Shown here: one piece after another, positions 16,420 through 25,878 of the stretch
Position numbering within the stretch: the first letter of the stretch is position 1
Layout of the letters: every line of letters starts with the position of its first letter
Source of the DNA: Sphingomicrobium sp.
GTDB lineage: Bacteria > Pseudomonadota > Alphaproteobacteria > Sphingomonadales > Sphingomonadaceae
DNA: 48,388 bases
Reading direction: 5' to 3'
Assembly: GCA_035545385.1 (NCBI GenBank)
Contig: DASZYL010000147.1
Location: 1-48,388 of the forward strand
The notes under the pieces: model-generated
Database searches by the model: none
What the model was told of the DNA's origin: nothing
What the model saw: the letters and a program-made list of their open reading frames with translations, nothing else
Position numbers and translations under genes: made by a program

Positions 16420-18053
16420 GCAGCCGCTCCCAATGGAATCGTAATGACGATATTCGTGCAGCCCGGCTCCGAATAGAGCGAGAGCGAGCCGTGAGCTCGG
16501 TCCACCCGCTCCTTCAGCGACCAGGGCTCGACGGGCGAATTGCCATTCGCAAGGACGAAGCCCGAGCCATTGTCCTTGACCTGGAGGCGCAGCTGGTCCT
16601 GTTCGACCGCCACATCGACATCGATGCGGCTGGCCCCGCCATGCCTCACGGCGTTCGCTACCGCCTCGCGGAGAAGCTGCTGGAGATCGAGCTGGAGCCT
16701 GATGGGGATGGAGGCATTGTCGTTGCTCGCTTCGATCCGGCAGTCGATCGCCCATTGCTGCTCGAGGCGCTGGGCCAGCGCTTTCAGCTCCTCGATGGCT
16801 TCTGCGAGCTCGAGCTCGCGGTTGCGGCGAAGCGCCGAGACGAATGCGCGGATTTCGACCTGCTCCTCGATCAGCAGGCGCTTGAGCTCCTTGAGGTCGG
16901 ATTCGACCTGCCCGCCCGACCTCGAGCCGCGCATGATGGCTTCCACCCTGAATGCGGCCCCCGCGAGGAACTGCACGACGCTGTCGTGGACATCCCTTGC
17001 GAGCGAGAGACGGGTGCGCGCGGCGGCTCCTTCCTCGATCGCCGAAAGAAGGGCGTCATGGTCGAGGACAGCGCCCGCCGCGCGGCCGAGCTCGACTCCA
17101 AGCTCGAGATAGTCGACCGAAAGGTCAGGGATGTCCCACAGGACCAACCAGCCCCGACGCGTGCGCGTCCTGACCTCCGCGATGACCCCCTCGGCCGCCC
17201 CGATGTCACGAAGCTCGGGTCCGTCGAGCAGCTTCTCCGCGGCGATGAACCGGTACCAGCCGTGCTCGCGGGTGCTGAGCGATTCATTGCGCTCGAGATC
17301 GAACAGCAGGACCGCAATCCTCTCGCGAAGGAGCGGCCGCTCGAGCTCGACCGCGCCGGCCGAACCCACGATCACTCTTACGCCCTTGAACTGCTGTTCG
17401 TCGGCCGTTCCGACGACGAGTGCTCCAGAGCGGGCCTGGGCCGCCTTCATCGCGAGCCCGAGCGCCTGCAGGAACGGGTCCTCGTCCCGGCCGATGCGGC
17501 GGTCGAGCTCGTCGACGCCGAAGAACAGGCGCGTGAACTGCTGGTGCACTCCAAACCAGATGAGAACCGCCGAAAGAGTGAGGAGGTGGCCGCTTCTAAC
17601 GATGAAGCGCTGCATCTCGAACGCCTCACTGCCGGCAACGAGGAGGCCTGCAACGAGGTGGAGGATGATGAGTGCCGTTGCGGTGAGGAGCGTCTCGCGC
17701 CACCCCCAGCGGATCGCTGCCGACAGGAGGGGCAGGATGAAGAAGAGGAAGAACGGGCTCGTGTAGCCGTTGGTCGAGAAGATGATGGCCGTGAAAACCA
17801 TCATGTCGAAGAAGTGGACCGGCAAGGCGAGCCGGGCGTCGAGCCACCAGTTGCGCCAGATCAGCGCCGTGATCGCGAGGGCGAACCAGACGTAGACGAG
17901 GAGGAGAAGGTTGGTCTGCCGGCCGAGGTGCTCCGGCTGGGTCCGGTCGAACCAGATCGACAGGAGGAAGAGGAGCGCAAGGATCAGCCGCCCGAGGGCG
18001 ATGACCCGCCCGCGCTGATATTTGAACAGGCTCTGGGCACTGGAAAGGTTCAG
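16416..18053 (-). CDS. membrane-bound NarX/UhpB-type (HisKA_3) sensor kinase; probable CTG start
   Basis: ARDVHDSVVQ H-box, EAVANAVRHG, DNGSGF. Frame stays open 76 codons above TTG 17825 through hydrophobic helices to CTG 18053 with SD GGGGGAG; in-frame stop at 18084-18086. Confidence 0.85.
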   Translation of the reverse strand: MNLSSAQSLFKYQRGRVIALGRLILALLFLLSIWFDRTQPEHLGRQTNLLLLVYVWFALAITALIWRNWWLDARLALPVHFFDMMVFTAIIFSTNGYTSPFFLFFILPLLSAAIRWGWRETLLTATALIILHLVAGLLVAGSEAFEMQRFIVRSGHLLTLSAVLIWFGVHQQFTRLFFGVDELDRRIGRDEDPFLQALGLAMKAAQARSGALVVGTADEQQFKGVRVIVGSAGAVELERPLLRERIAVLLFDLERNESLSTREHGWYRFIAAEKLLDGPELRDIGAAEGVIAEVRTRTRRGWLVLWDIPDLSVDYLELGVELGRAAGAVLDHDALLSAIEEGAAARTRLSLARDVHDSVVQFLAGAAFRVEAIMRGSRSGGQVESDLKELKRLLIEEQVEIRAFVSALRRNRELELAEAIEELKALAQRLEQQWAIDCRIEASNDNASIPIRLQLDLQQLLREAVANAVRHGGASRIDVDVAVEQDQLRLQVKDNGSGFVLANGNSPVEPWSLKERVDRAHGSLSLYSEPGCTNIVITIPLGAAA

Positions 18054-18134
18054 CCTAATGCTCCCCCCGAAGCAACTGATCCTTCAACCTTAAACGTAAG
18101 TAAGCGTCGTAGGAAGCGGCCGCGAAGCCGAAGG

Positions 18135-20471
18135 CTAGCTGGCCATTTTCCTCGCGCCGAGACCGAGCACCATCTGGTTCGCCCGCTCGTAGGGAAGCGG
18201 CTTGCCGAAGAGGTAGCCCTGGATGGTGTCGCAGCCGAGGTCGCGCATGCGCTCGAAGTCCTCGGCGGTCTCGACGCCTTCCGCCGTGACCGACATCCTG
18301 AAGCTCTTCGCGAGCTGGACGATCGACTGGATGATCGCGACATTTTCCGGCCGCGAACCCGCTTCCCGAACGAAGCTGCCGTCGATCTTGAGCTTGTGGA
18401 AAACGGCCTTGTTGAGATAGCCGATCGACGAATAGCCGGTCCCGAAATCGTCGAGCGCGATGCCGACTCCGAGCGCCCGAAGGCGCTTCAGGACGTCGAG
18501 GGTCGAGCCATTGTCTCCCAGGAACACGCCTTCGGTCACCTCGAGTTCGAGGCGATTGCCCGCGACTCGGTGGCGCGCGATCGCTTCGCTGACGATGTTC
18601 GGCAGGGCCGCGAGAACGATCTGCTTCGGGCTGATGTTGAGTGCGACGGTGATCGGCTCGGGCCAGCTTGCCGCCGCACGGCAGGCTTCGTCGATCACCC
18701 ATTCCCCGATCACCGGCATGAGACCCGTCTCCTCCGCGACCGGGATGAAGACGTTGGGCGGGACGAACCCGCGCTTGGGATGGTTCCAGCGAATGAGCGC
18801 CTCGAAGCCAACGAGCTTCTGGGTCTTCGCGTTGATGAGCGGCTGGTAGACGAGGTGAAACTGCTTCGAGGCGATCGCGCTCCTCAAGTCCGCCTCGAGC
18901 CGGACCCGGTCCTCCTGCTCCGACTGCAGCTCGGAGGAGAAATAGCGGGCGCATCCCTTGCCCGCGTCTTTTGCCTGGTAGAGCGCAAGGTCGGCCTTGA
19001 GGATGAGGTCGTCGACGGTCGCCCCGTCGATCGGACCGAAGGCGCAGCCGATCGAGACTCCGATCCGGATCTCGGTCTGGTCGATGAGGTAGGGCTCCTT
19101 GATCGAGGCGATGATCCGGTCCGCGAGCTTCTCGACCGCGCGGCGGCTCTGCGCGTCCGAGACGACGATCGCGAACTCGTCGCCGCCCATTCGGCCGACA
19201 TCGCCTTCCGAACCGACCTCGTCGACGAGCCTCTTGGCCACTGCCCGGAGCACTGCATCGCCCTTGGGGTGGCCGAAGGTGTCATTGACGGGCTTGAAGC
19301 CGTCGAGGTCGAGGAACATGATCGCGCAGGGCACATTGCCCGTGGTCGCGGCGCGAAGCGCCTCGCCGAGCAGCTGGCGCACCCGGCCGCGGTTGGGCAG
19401 TCCTGAAAGGACGTCCACGTTCGCAAGGTGGGTCAGCCGCTCCTGGGTCTGGCGGATCTCGGTGATGTCCGAGCCCACCCCCCGGAATCCCTCGAACCGG
19501 CCGGCCGTGTCCACGATGGGATCGCCCGCGATCGAGATCCAGCGCGCGCCGCGCGGGGTCTTGAGCTCCATCTCCAGCGCGTTGAACGGCTTTTTCTCGA
19601 GGAGAACGCGGCCAAGCTCGGCGTGACCGCCGAGAAGTGCCGGAAGCGAGTGACCGATCAGCTGGCCGGCGGGCTTGCCGAGGAGAGCGCTCATTCGCGA
19701 GCTGATGTAGGTGACGCGGTTGTCGGCATCGATCTGCCACAGCCAGCCCACGCCGCGCTGCTCATATTCCTGGAGCAACAGGCTCGCGCTTTCGCTCTGG
19801 CTTCCGACATCGGCGTTGGTCTTGAGCTGGTGGAAGGCCCAGCGGGCGACGGTCAGGACGCCGATGATCGAGACCCCGAGCGTGAAGACGATCGAGAGCA
19901 TGTGCTGGAAGGGAACGGTGTGACGCCCGATGAGGAGCACTCCGGCAACGCCGGCCGTGAAGGTGATCATCCAGGCATTGGCGCAGGGCGGGATGACCAC
20001 GAGTCCGAGCGCCCCGATCCCGAGGCCGGCCATCACCGAGGCCGCGATGACCTGCGTGCCGGGGTCGAGGGACGGGAAGAGGTAGATCGGGAGACCAAGG
20101 AAGACGATGCCGCGCAAGGCCACCTCGGCGACCATGGTCCACATCGGGACTCGGCGTCCGGAGCGGCCGACGCAGGTGACCGACTGGGTCCTTGCGAGCT
20201 GCATTGCGCCGAGGTTGACGGCGCTCACCAGTCCGACCCACGGCAGGATCCAGGTCGGCCCGACCGATGACCAGAGGTTCGCGGCCATCATCAGCGCCGC
20301 GACGATGTTCGCCGCAGCGAAGAAAGGCGCGAGATGCGCGCGCGACAGGAGCTGGACGTCGCGCAGCGGCGAACTTTCCGATTCGTTGTCGCGCGCCACG
20401 AGGCCCGCCGATTCCCCACCGGGAAGTCGAGCCGAAATCAAGCGCTTATAGCGATCTGGAGCTTCGTACAT
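18135..20471 (-). CDS. membrane-anchored PAS-GGDEF-EAL c-di-GMP enzyme
   Basis: N-terminal TM helices, PAS, DLDGFKPVNDTFGH..GD, RMGGDEF, FEALIRW, DDFGTGYSS, EGVET, QGYLFGKP. Confidence 0.95.
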   Translation of the reverse strand: MYEAPDRYKRLISARLPGGESAGLVARDNESESSPLRDVQLLSRAHLAPFFAAANIVAALMMAANLWSSVGPTWILPWVGLVSAVNLGAMQLARTQSVTCVGRSGRRVPMWTMVAEVALRGIVFLGLPIYLFPSLDPGTQVIAASVMAGLGIGALGLVVIPPCANAWMITFTAGVAGVLLIGRHTVPFQHMLSIVFTLGVSIIGVLTVARWAFHQLKTNADVGSQSESASLLLQEYEQRGVGWLWQIDADNRVTYISSRMSALLGKPAGQLIGHSLPALLGGHAELGRVLLEKKPFNALEMELKTPRGARWISIAGDPIVDTAGRFEGFRGVGSDITEIRQTQERLTHLANVDVLSGLPNRGRVRQLLGEALRAATTGNVPCAIMFLDLDGFKPVNDTFGHPKGDAVLRAVAKRLVDEVGSEGDVGRMGGDEFAIVVSDAQSRRAVEKLADRIIASIKEPYLIDQTEIRIGVSIGCAFGPIDGATVDDLILKADLALYQAKDAGKGCARYFSSELQSEQEDRVRLEADLRSAIASKQFHLVYQPLINAKTQKLVGFEALIRWNHPKRGFVPPNVFIPVAEETGLMPVIGEWVIDEACRAAASWPEPITVALNISPKQIVLAALPNIVSEAIARHRVAGNRLELEVTEGVFLGDNGSTLDVLKRLRALGVGIALDDFGTGYSSIGYLNKAVFHKLKIDGSFVREAGSRPENVAIIQSIVQLAKSFRMSVTAEGVETAEDFERMRDLGCDTIQGYLFGKPLPYERANQMVLGLGARKMAS

Positions 20472-20514
20472 CCGCCCGCCGTTCCACGTCCAGAGGCCGG
20501 ATTAGACAAAGAGA

Positions 20515-20530
20515 GTTGAGGCCGGGTTAA
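20515..20530 (-). promoter_or_regulatory. putative CtrA-binding site
   Basis: Minus strand TTAA-CCCGGCC-TCAAC versus consensus TTAA-N7-TTAAC (one mismatch), about 44 nt upstream of the GGDEF/EAL ATG. Confidence 0.55.
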
Positions 20531-20645
20531 GTGCGATCGCTATTTCTTTTAAGATTTGCACATTGGATATTAGCGAGGATTAAGTTCGACTCCGCTGAGG
20601 AGCGCTTCTCGCATTGGCAGCGTTGCGCCTCTATATGTTCCGCCG

Positions 20646-21818
20646 ATGGCGACCGACAGCGCGACCCTCGACCGGCGGGTAACGGCGCCTCGGCGCGCGT
20701 CCGACAGCCCCAAGATCCACTCGCCGGCCGAGCCGATCGCCCGCGGAATGGGCCTCGACCGGCCATTCTTCGAAGACAAGAACCGCGCATTCTGGATCCT
20801 CCAGACGGCGGGCTGGACCGGATATTTCTTCCTCAGGACCATTTCGGGCTTCGCGAACAGCCTCGGGTGGATGCTGCTCGTCCACACGCTTCTCCTCACC
20901 GCGACCGGCTATTCGCTGACCCTTCTCATGGGCTCGCTCTTCCGTCGGCTGATCAAGATGAAGCCCATCTGGACGGTGCTTCTCTCGCTGGCCGCGGTAA
21001 TCATTGCATCGGGGACATTCTCGATCATCGAGACGTGGAGCGTCGCGACCTTCCTGAAGCCGCAGATGAGGCCAGAGGGAGTCGTCTATTTCACCGCCCT
21101 TGGCCTCGACTTCATCCTCCTCGCCGCCTGGACGGCGCTTTATTATGGGATCAACTACTTCCTTCTCCTGGAAGACCAGATCCGCCTCCGCGAGCGGCTC
21201 GAGAGCCAGGCCTCGACGGCGCAGCTCGCGATGCTTCGCTACCAGCTCAACCCGCATTTCCTCTTCAACACGCTCAATTCGATCTCGACGCTCGTTCTCC
21301 TCAAGCAGACCGAGCGGGCGAACGCGATGCTCGCGAGGCTCTCCTCCTTCCTTCGCTACACGCTCGCGAACGAACCGACGGCCAAGGTGACCCTTGCCCA
21401 GGAGGTCGAAACCCTGAAGCTTTATCTCGAGATCGAGAAAATGCGCTTCGAGGACCGGTTGAGGCCGCACTTCCGGATCGAATCGGAGACGATCGGAGCC
21501 CGGCTCCCCTCGCTTCTTCTCCAGCCGCTCATCGAAAATGCGATCAAATATGCTGTGACCCCGGCCGAAACGGGGGCGGACATATGGATCACCGCGAGCC
21601 GCGAGGGCCAGGCGGTGAGGATCGAGGTCGCCGACAATGGCGGCAGCGGCGGAGCCGAAATTGCCGCCAGCCCGTCGACGGGCGTCGGCCTGGCGAACAT
21701 TCGAGACCGACTGTCGCAGGCCTATGGCGCATCGCATCGGTTCGATACGAAACAGAACGACCAGGGGGGCTTCAGCGTTATCCTAGAAATTCCCTTTGAA
21801 ACCGGAGAAACTGCCTGA
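20646..21818 (+). CDS. LytS/YehU-family sensor histidine kinase
   Basis: LRYQLNPHFLFNTLNSI, LQPLIENAIKY, GVGLANIRDRL. Confidence 0.94.
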   Translation: MATDSATLDRRVTAPRRASDSPKIHSPAEPIARGMGLDRPFFEDKNRAFWILQTAGWTGYFFLRTISGFANSLGWMLLVHTLLLTATGYSLTLLMGSLFRRLIKMKPIWTVLLSLAAVIIASGTFSIIETWSVATFLKPQMRPEGVVYFTALGLDFILLAAWTALYYGINYFLLLEDQIRLRERLESQASTAQLAMLRYQLNPHFLFNTLNSISTLVLLKQTERANAMLARLSSFLRYTLANEPTAKVTLAQEVETLKLYLEIEKMRFEDRLRPHFRIESETIGARLPSLLLQPLIENAIKYAVTPAETGADIWITASREGQAVRIEVADNGGSGGAEIAASPSTGVGLANIRDRLSQAYGASHRFDTKQNDQGGFSVILEIPFETGETA

Positions 21819-22621
21819 TGACCATCCGGACCATTTTGGTCGATGACGAACCGCTTGCGACCCAGGGCCTGCAGCTTCGGCTGCAGGCGCACGAAGACGT
21901 CGAAGTCGTCGCCACCGCGGCCAACGGGCGTGAAGCGATCCGCCAGATCAAGACCCACAAGCCCGACCTTGTCTTCCTCGACATCCAGATGCCGGGGTTT
22001 GACGGCTTTTCGGTGATCCAGGGCCTGATGGACATCGAGCTTCCCCTTTTCGTCTTCGTGACGGCGTTCAGCGAGCATGCGCTTCGTGCCTTCGACGCGC
22101 AGGCCGTCGACTATCTGATGAAGCCGGTCGACGAAGACCGGCTCGCTGCGACCATGGACCGGGTCCGTCAGCGCCTCTCGGAACGGCGCAGCGCCGAGGA
22201 AAGCGAGCGCCTGAAGGAGGCCCTCGCCGAACATGCGCCGGAGGCCGCCGAGGAGCTCGCCGAGGCTTCGCCGGAAACGCCATCTGCAAGCCGCTACGAG
22301 AAGATGATCAATATCAAGGACCAGGGACAGATCTTCCGGGTCGATGTCGATACGATCGAACGGATCGATGCCGCCGGCGACTACCTGTGCATCCAGACCG
22401 GCGACAACACGCTCATCCTCCGCGAGACCATGAAGGACCTCGAGAAGAGGCTCGACCCGCGGCGATTCCAGCGAGTGCACCGCTCGACGATCGTGAACCT
22501 CGATCTCGTCCGGCAGGTGAAACCGCACACGAACGGAGAATGCTTCCTCGTGCTCGATTCGGGAGCGCAGGTGAAAGTCTCGCGTTCATACCGTGATGTC
22601 GTCGCAAGATTCGTCCACTGA
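21818..22621 (+). CDS. LytTR-family response regulator
   Basis: VDDEPLA, FLDIQMP, AVDYLMKP, FQRVHRSTIVN, VSRSY; TGATG coupling to the kinase. Confidence 0.95.
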   Translation: MTIRTILVDDEPLATQGLQLRLQAHEDVEVVATAANGREAIRQIKTHKPDLVFLDIQMPGFDGFSVIQGLMDIELPLFVFVTAFSEHALRAFDAQAVDYLMKPVDEDRLAATMDRVRQRLSERRSAEESERLKEALAEHAPEAAEELAEASPETPSASRYEKMINIKDQGQIFRVDVDTIERIDAAGDYLCIQTGDNTLILRETMKDLEKRLDPRRFQRVHRSTIVNLDLVRQVKPHTNGECFLVLDSGAQVKVSRSYRDVVARFVH

Positions 22622-22997
22622 CGGGACCGGCCGAGACGGAGGAGCCGGGCTTTCGGGTCGCCGGATCCTGATCGTCGAGGATTCCCCGGTCATCGGCTCC
22701 GCGACTGCGGACCTGCTCGAGGACCTCGGCTGCGAGGCCATCGGCCCGGCCCCGAACATGGCTGCCGCGCGCGAACTCATCGAAGCCGGCAATTTCGATG
22801 CCGCCCTCATGGACATCCATATCCGGGGCGAACGCGTATTCCCGCTCTGCGAGATGCTCGAGGCGCGGCAAATTCCCTTCGTGTTCACGAGCGGATACGC
22901 CGACTGGCACATGCTCGAAAAATGGGAAGACCGTCCGAGGCTCCAGAAACCCTATTCCTCGCAGCAGGTCGAGGACGCGCTGAACGCGATCTTCTAG
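22593..22997 (+). CDS. single-domain response regulator with FATGUY-like motif
   Basis: ILIVEDS, ALMDIHIRG, IPFVFTSGY, LQKPY; no output domain; exact start uncertain. Confidence 0.85.
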   Translation: MMSSQDSSTDGTGRDGGAGLSGRRILIVEDSPVIGSATADLLEDLGCEAIGPAPNMAAARELIEAGNFDAALMDIHIRGERVFPLCEMLEARQIPFVFTSGYADWHMLEKWEDRPRLQKPYSSQQVEDALNAIF

Positions 22998-23101
22998 GAG
23001 CGGCGATCCTGCAGGGCTTGGTCACATGGTGATGATGGAGCACCTCCACTTGCCCTGCGTCGTTGCGCCACGGCAGCCGGCGGCGTAGTCACTCCAGTCG
23101 A

Positions 23102-23845
23102 ATGCCAGGCAAATTCGAGACATTCGCTGCTCTTCACGTGCCCGGCGATCCCCTCGTCCTTTATAATATCTGGGACGTCGGAAGCGCCCATGCCGTCGTC
23201 GCCGCAGGAGCAAGGGCGCTCGCGACGGGAAGCCACCCGGTGGCGGTCGCGAACGGCTGGCCCGACGGTCAGAACGTCCCGATCGACTTCGCGCTCGCCA
23301 ATGCCCGGCGCATCGTCCAGGCCGTCGAAATCCCGCTTACCGTCGACTTCGAAGGCGCTTATTCGACGAGCCCAACCGTGGGCGGCGAGAACTGCGCGCG
23401 ATTGAAGGAGACGGGCGCAGTCGGATGCAATTTCGAGGACCAGGTGATCGGCGGCGAGGGGGTTCACCCGCTCGATCTCCAGGTGAGAAGGATCGCTGCG
23501 ATCCGCGAAGCGGTCGGCAATGATTTTTTCATCAACGCTCGGACCGACATCGTCCTCAAGGCCGAGGCCTGCGACGATGCGCTCATCGAGGAGGTCGTGG
23601 AGCGTGGCAATGCTTTCGCCGATGCGGGCGCGAGCGGCTTCTTCGTTCCGCGTCTTTCCGAGCCCGGCCAGGTCGAACGGGTCGTTCGGGAGGTTCCGCT
23701 TCCGCTCAACCTCATCGCTTTCCCCGGCGCACCCGACAAGAAGGTCTGGGCCGATGCCGGGGTCGCTCGAATCAGCCACGGCCCCTTCCCGCATCGAGCA
23801 CTCATGAAGACCCTCGAGGAAATGGCGCGCCAAGCCATAAGCTGA
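23102..23845 (+). CDS. isocitrate lyase/PEP mutase superfamily protein (paralog 1)
   Basis: NIWDVGSA, ALATGS, VDFEGAY, GCNFEDQ, FINARTD, GASGFFVP, PLN, RISHG. Confidence 0.9.
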   Translation: MPGKFETFAALHVPGDPLVLYNIWDVGSAHAVVAAGARALATGSHPVAVANGWPDGQNVPIDFALANARRIVQAVEIPLTVDFEGAYSTSPTVGGENCARLKETGAVGCNFEDQVIGGEGVHPLDLQVRRIAAIREAVGNDFFINARTDIVLKAEACDDALIEEVVERGNAFADAGASGFFVPRLSEPGQVERVVREVPLPLNLIAFPGAPDKKVWADAGVARISHGPFPHRALMKTLEEMARQAIS

Positions 23846-23874
23846 GCTTGGGTGTTGAACGCAAGAATCAGGAG

Positions 23875-23896
23875 GCGCGAAGGCTTTCCTTCGCGC
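23875..23896. other. intergenic stem-loop between the tandem paralogs
   Basis: gcgcgaagg-cttt-ccttcgcgc, perfect 9-bp stem. Confidence 0.45.
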
Positions 23897-23934
23897 AGAT
23901 GATTTCGCTCCTTCGACAAGACCGGGGAGCCAAG

Positions 23935-24681
23935 ATGAGCAAGTTCGAGACCTTCGCAAGACTCCACGTCGCCGGTGAACCTTTGGTCCTGTTCAATGCC
24001 TGGGACCCCGGCAGCGCGCAGGCGATAGCCAAGTCGGGTGCGAGGGCGATCGCGACCGGCAGTGCCTCGGTCTCGATGGCCAATGGCTTTGCCGACGGCG
24101 AGGCCGTTCCGCTGGAACTTGCGCTTGCCAATGCCGGTCGTATCGCGAGCGCCGTCGAACTCCCGGTCACGATCGACTTCGAGGGCGGCTACTCGACACA
24201 TCGCGACGGACTTGTCGCCAACGCCCGCCGGCTCGCCGAGACCGGGGCGATCGGCTGCAATTTCGAGGACCAGGTCGTCGGAACCGACCGGATTTACGAT
24301 ATCGTCGAGCAGGTGGCGCGCATATCCGCGTTTCGCCAGGGCGTCGGCGACAATTTCTTCATCAACGCCCGAACCGACCTGTTCCTCAAGGCCAAGCCCG
24401 CCGCTCATGACCATCTGCTCGCCGACCAGGCGATCGAGCGTGCATTGGCCTATGCCGATTCAGGGGCCAGCGGCTTCTTCATCCCGGGGCTTTCCGATCT
24501 CTTGCTGGTCGAGCGGATCACTTCGGCAGTGTCGCTGCCGGTCAATGCCATGCACCTACCGGGCGGACCGGCGCGCGCGGATTGGGCGAGTGCCGGGATC
24601 GCCCGTGTGAGCCACGGGCCTTTCCCATACATGGCCATGCAGGAGTGGCTCCAGGAAGAAGCCCGCGCCGCGCTCGCCTAG
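23935..24681 (+). CDS. isocitrate lyase/PEP mutase superfamily protein (paralog 2)
   Basis: Same motifs as paralog 1 (NAWDPGSA, IDFEGGY, GCNFEDQ, FINARTD); SD ggggag. Confidence 0.9.
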   Translation: MSKFETFARLHVAGEPLVLFNAWDPGSAQAIAKSGARAIATGSASVSMANGFADGEAVPLELALANAGRIASAVELPVTIDFEGGYSTHRDGLVANARRLAETGAIGCNFEDQVVGTDRIYDIVEQVARISAFRQGVGDNFFINARTDLFLKAKPAAHDHLLADQAIERALAYADSGASGFFIPGLSDLLLVERITSAVSLPVNAMHLPGGPARADWASAGIARVSHGPFPYMAMQEWLQEEARAALA

Positions 24682-25878
24682 CTAGGCCCTCTTCAGCCTC
24701 CACCACCGGACTCGCGGCCCGGACTTGAGGACCGTCTTGCGGAACAATTGGGCGGCGAGCCTCAGGATGATCCCGACCCACAGCGCCTGCCACAGGAACG
24801 CCAGCAGGTGCGGCCACCAGTGCGGGTCCTGGGCTGCACGAGCGAGCATCACCATTGGCGATGATAATGGGAAGATCGCCGCAGCAATGGCTTCGGGCGA
24901 ATCCGGCGCCCCGACCGCGGTTGCAGCAAGAGCGAACACGAGCAATTGGCCGAATGTCGCGGGCATGGCGAGGACCTGCACCTCGCGCGCACTCGATGCC
25001 TGGGCTCCGATCGTCAGCATGATCGCCCCGATCAGGAGGTAGTTCATCGCGAAATAGACCACGACCAGGACGAGAAAGCCCGGCCAGCCTATCGCCGGCA
25101 CCGGCAGGGTCGCGACACCGCCATGCTTGATCATCTGGACGAAGAGCGCGCCTGCACAGAGCCAGACCAGGATTCCGATCACCGAGGCGGCAAGCATCGC
25201 GAACAGCTTGCCGACGAACATCGCGTCGATCGGAACGGCCGCGGCGATCACCTCGATGATCTTGTTCGATTTCTCCTCGATCAGCTGGGACATCACCATG
25301 CCCGCGAGGAACAAGGTGAGGAAGAAGATCAGCATCTGGCCGATCTGCGCGGTCACGGCCCGCTGGTTCGCAAGCGAGCCGGTCGCTCCCTGGACGTTCG
25401 TCACCGGAATGAGCGCGGGCGTCGCCTGGGGCGAACGAGCGCCGGCGATGAGGAGCTTCAACTGGTTGAGAGTTGCAGGATCGCCAGCGACCGAGCCGGT
25501 GAGGTGGGGATGGTCGAGACCGCCGCTCAGCACCGCCCGCACCGGCGGACTTCCACTCGAGAGCAGCCGCTGCTCCTGGGCCTTTGCGTCCCGCTCGGGC
25601 GCGTAATGGACGATCCTCACGACCGCTCCGTCGCTGAGCGCCTCTGCAAGATGCTCGCGCGCGCTCGAAAGCCGGGCAAAATCGTCGTCGCTCGATACGA
25701 CGGCGACGACGGGACGCTCCGTCTGCGTCGCGACTCGAGCGCCAATGCTTCCGAAAAGGCCGCCGAGCAGAAGCGGGAACAATGGCCCGAGGAGGAAGAA
25801 GATGAAGGCCTTGGAGAGAACGGTCGCCCCGAAGTCGCGCCGGGCGATCACGAGCGAGGACCGGATGAAGCGGATCAT
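24682..25878 (-). CDS. ABC-2-type exporter permease
   Basis: IARRDF..VLSKAF N-terminus, IEEKSNKIIEVI, GKL, P.SSP.VMLAR; ATGA overlap with the ATPase. Confidence 0.88.
   Translation of the reverse strand: MIRFIRSSLVIARRDFGATVLSKAFIFFLLGPLFPLLLGGLFGSIGARVATQTERPVVAVVSSDDDFARLSSAREHLAEALSDGAVVRIVHYAPERDAKAQEQRLLSSGSPPVRAVLSGGLDHPHLTGSVAGDPATLNQLKLLIAGARSPQATPALIPVTNVQGATGSLANQRAVTAQIGQMLIFFLTLFLAGMVMSQLIEEKSNKIIEVIAAAVPIDAMFVGKLFAMLAASVIGILVWLCAGALFVQMIKHGGVATLPVPAIGWPGFLVLVVVYFAMNYLLIGAIMLTIGAQASSAREVQVLAMPATFGQLLVFALAATAVGAPDSPEAIAAAIFPLSSPMVMLARAAQDPHWWPHLLAFLWQALWVGIILRLAAQLFRKTVLKSGPRVRWWRLKRA

Noticed and set aside
16491-19406. 971-aa plus-strand ORF
   Set aside because: Antisense shadow of the kinase and GGDEF/EAL genes; no recognisable motifs; long antisense ORFs are expected with high third-position GC.
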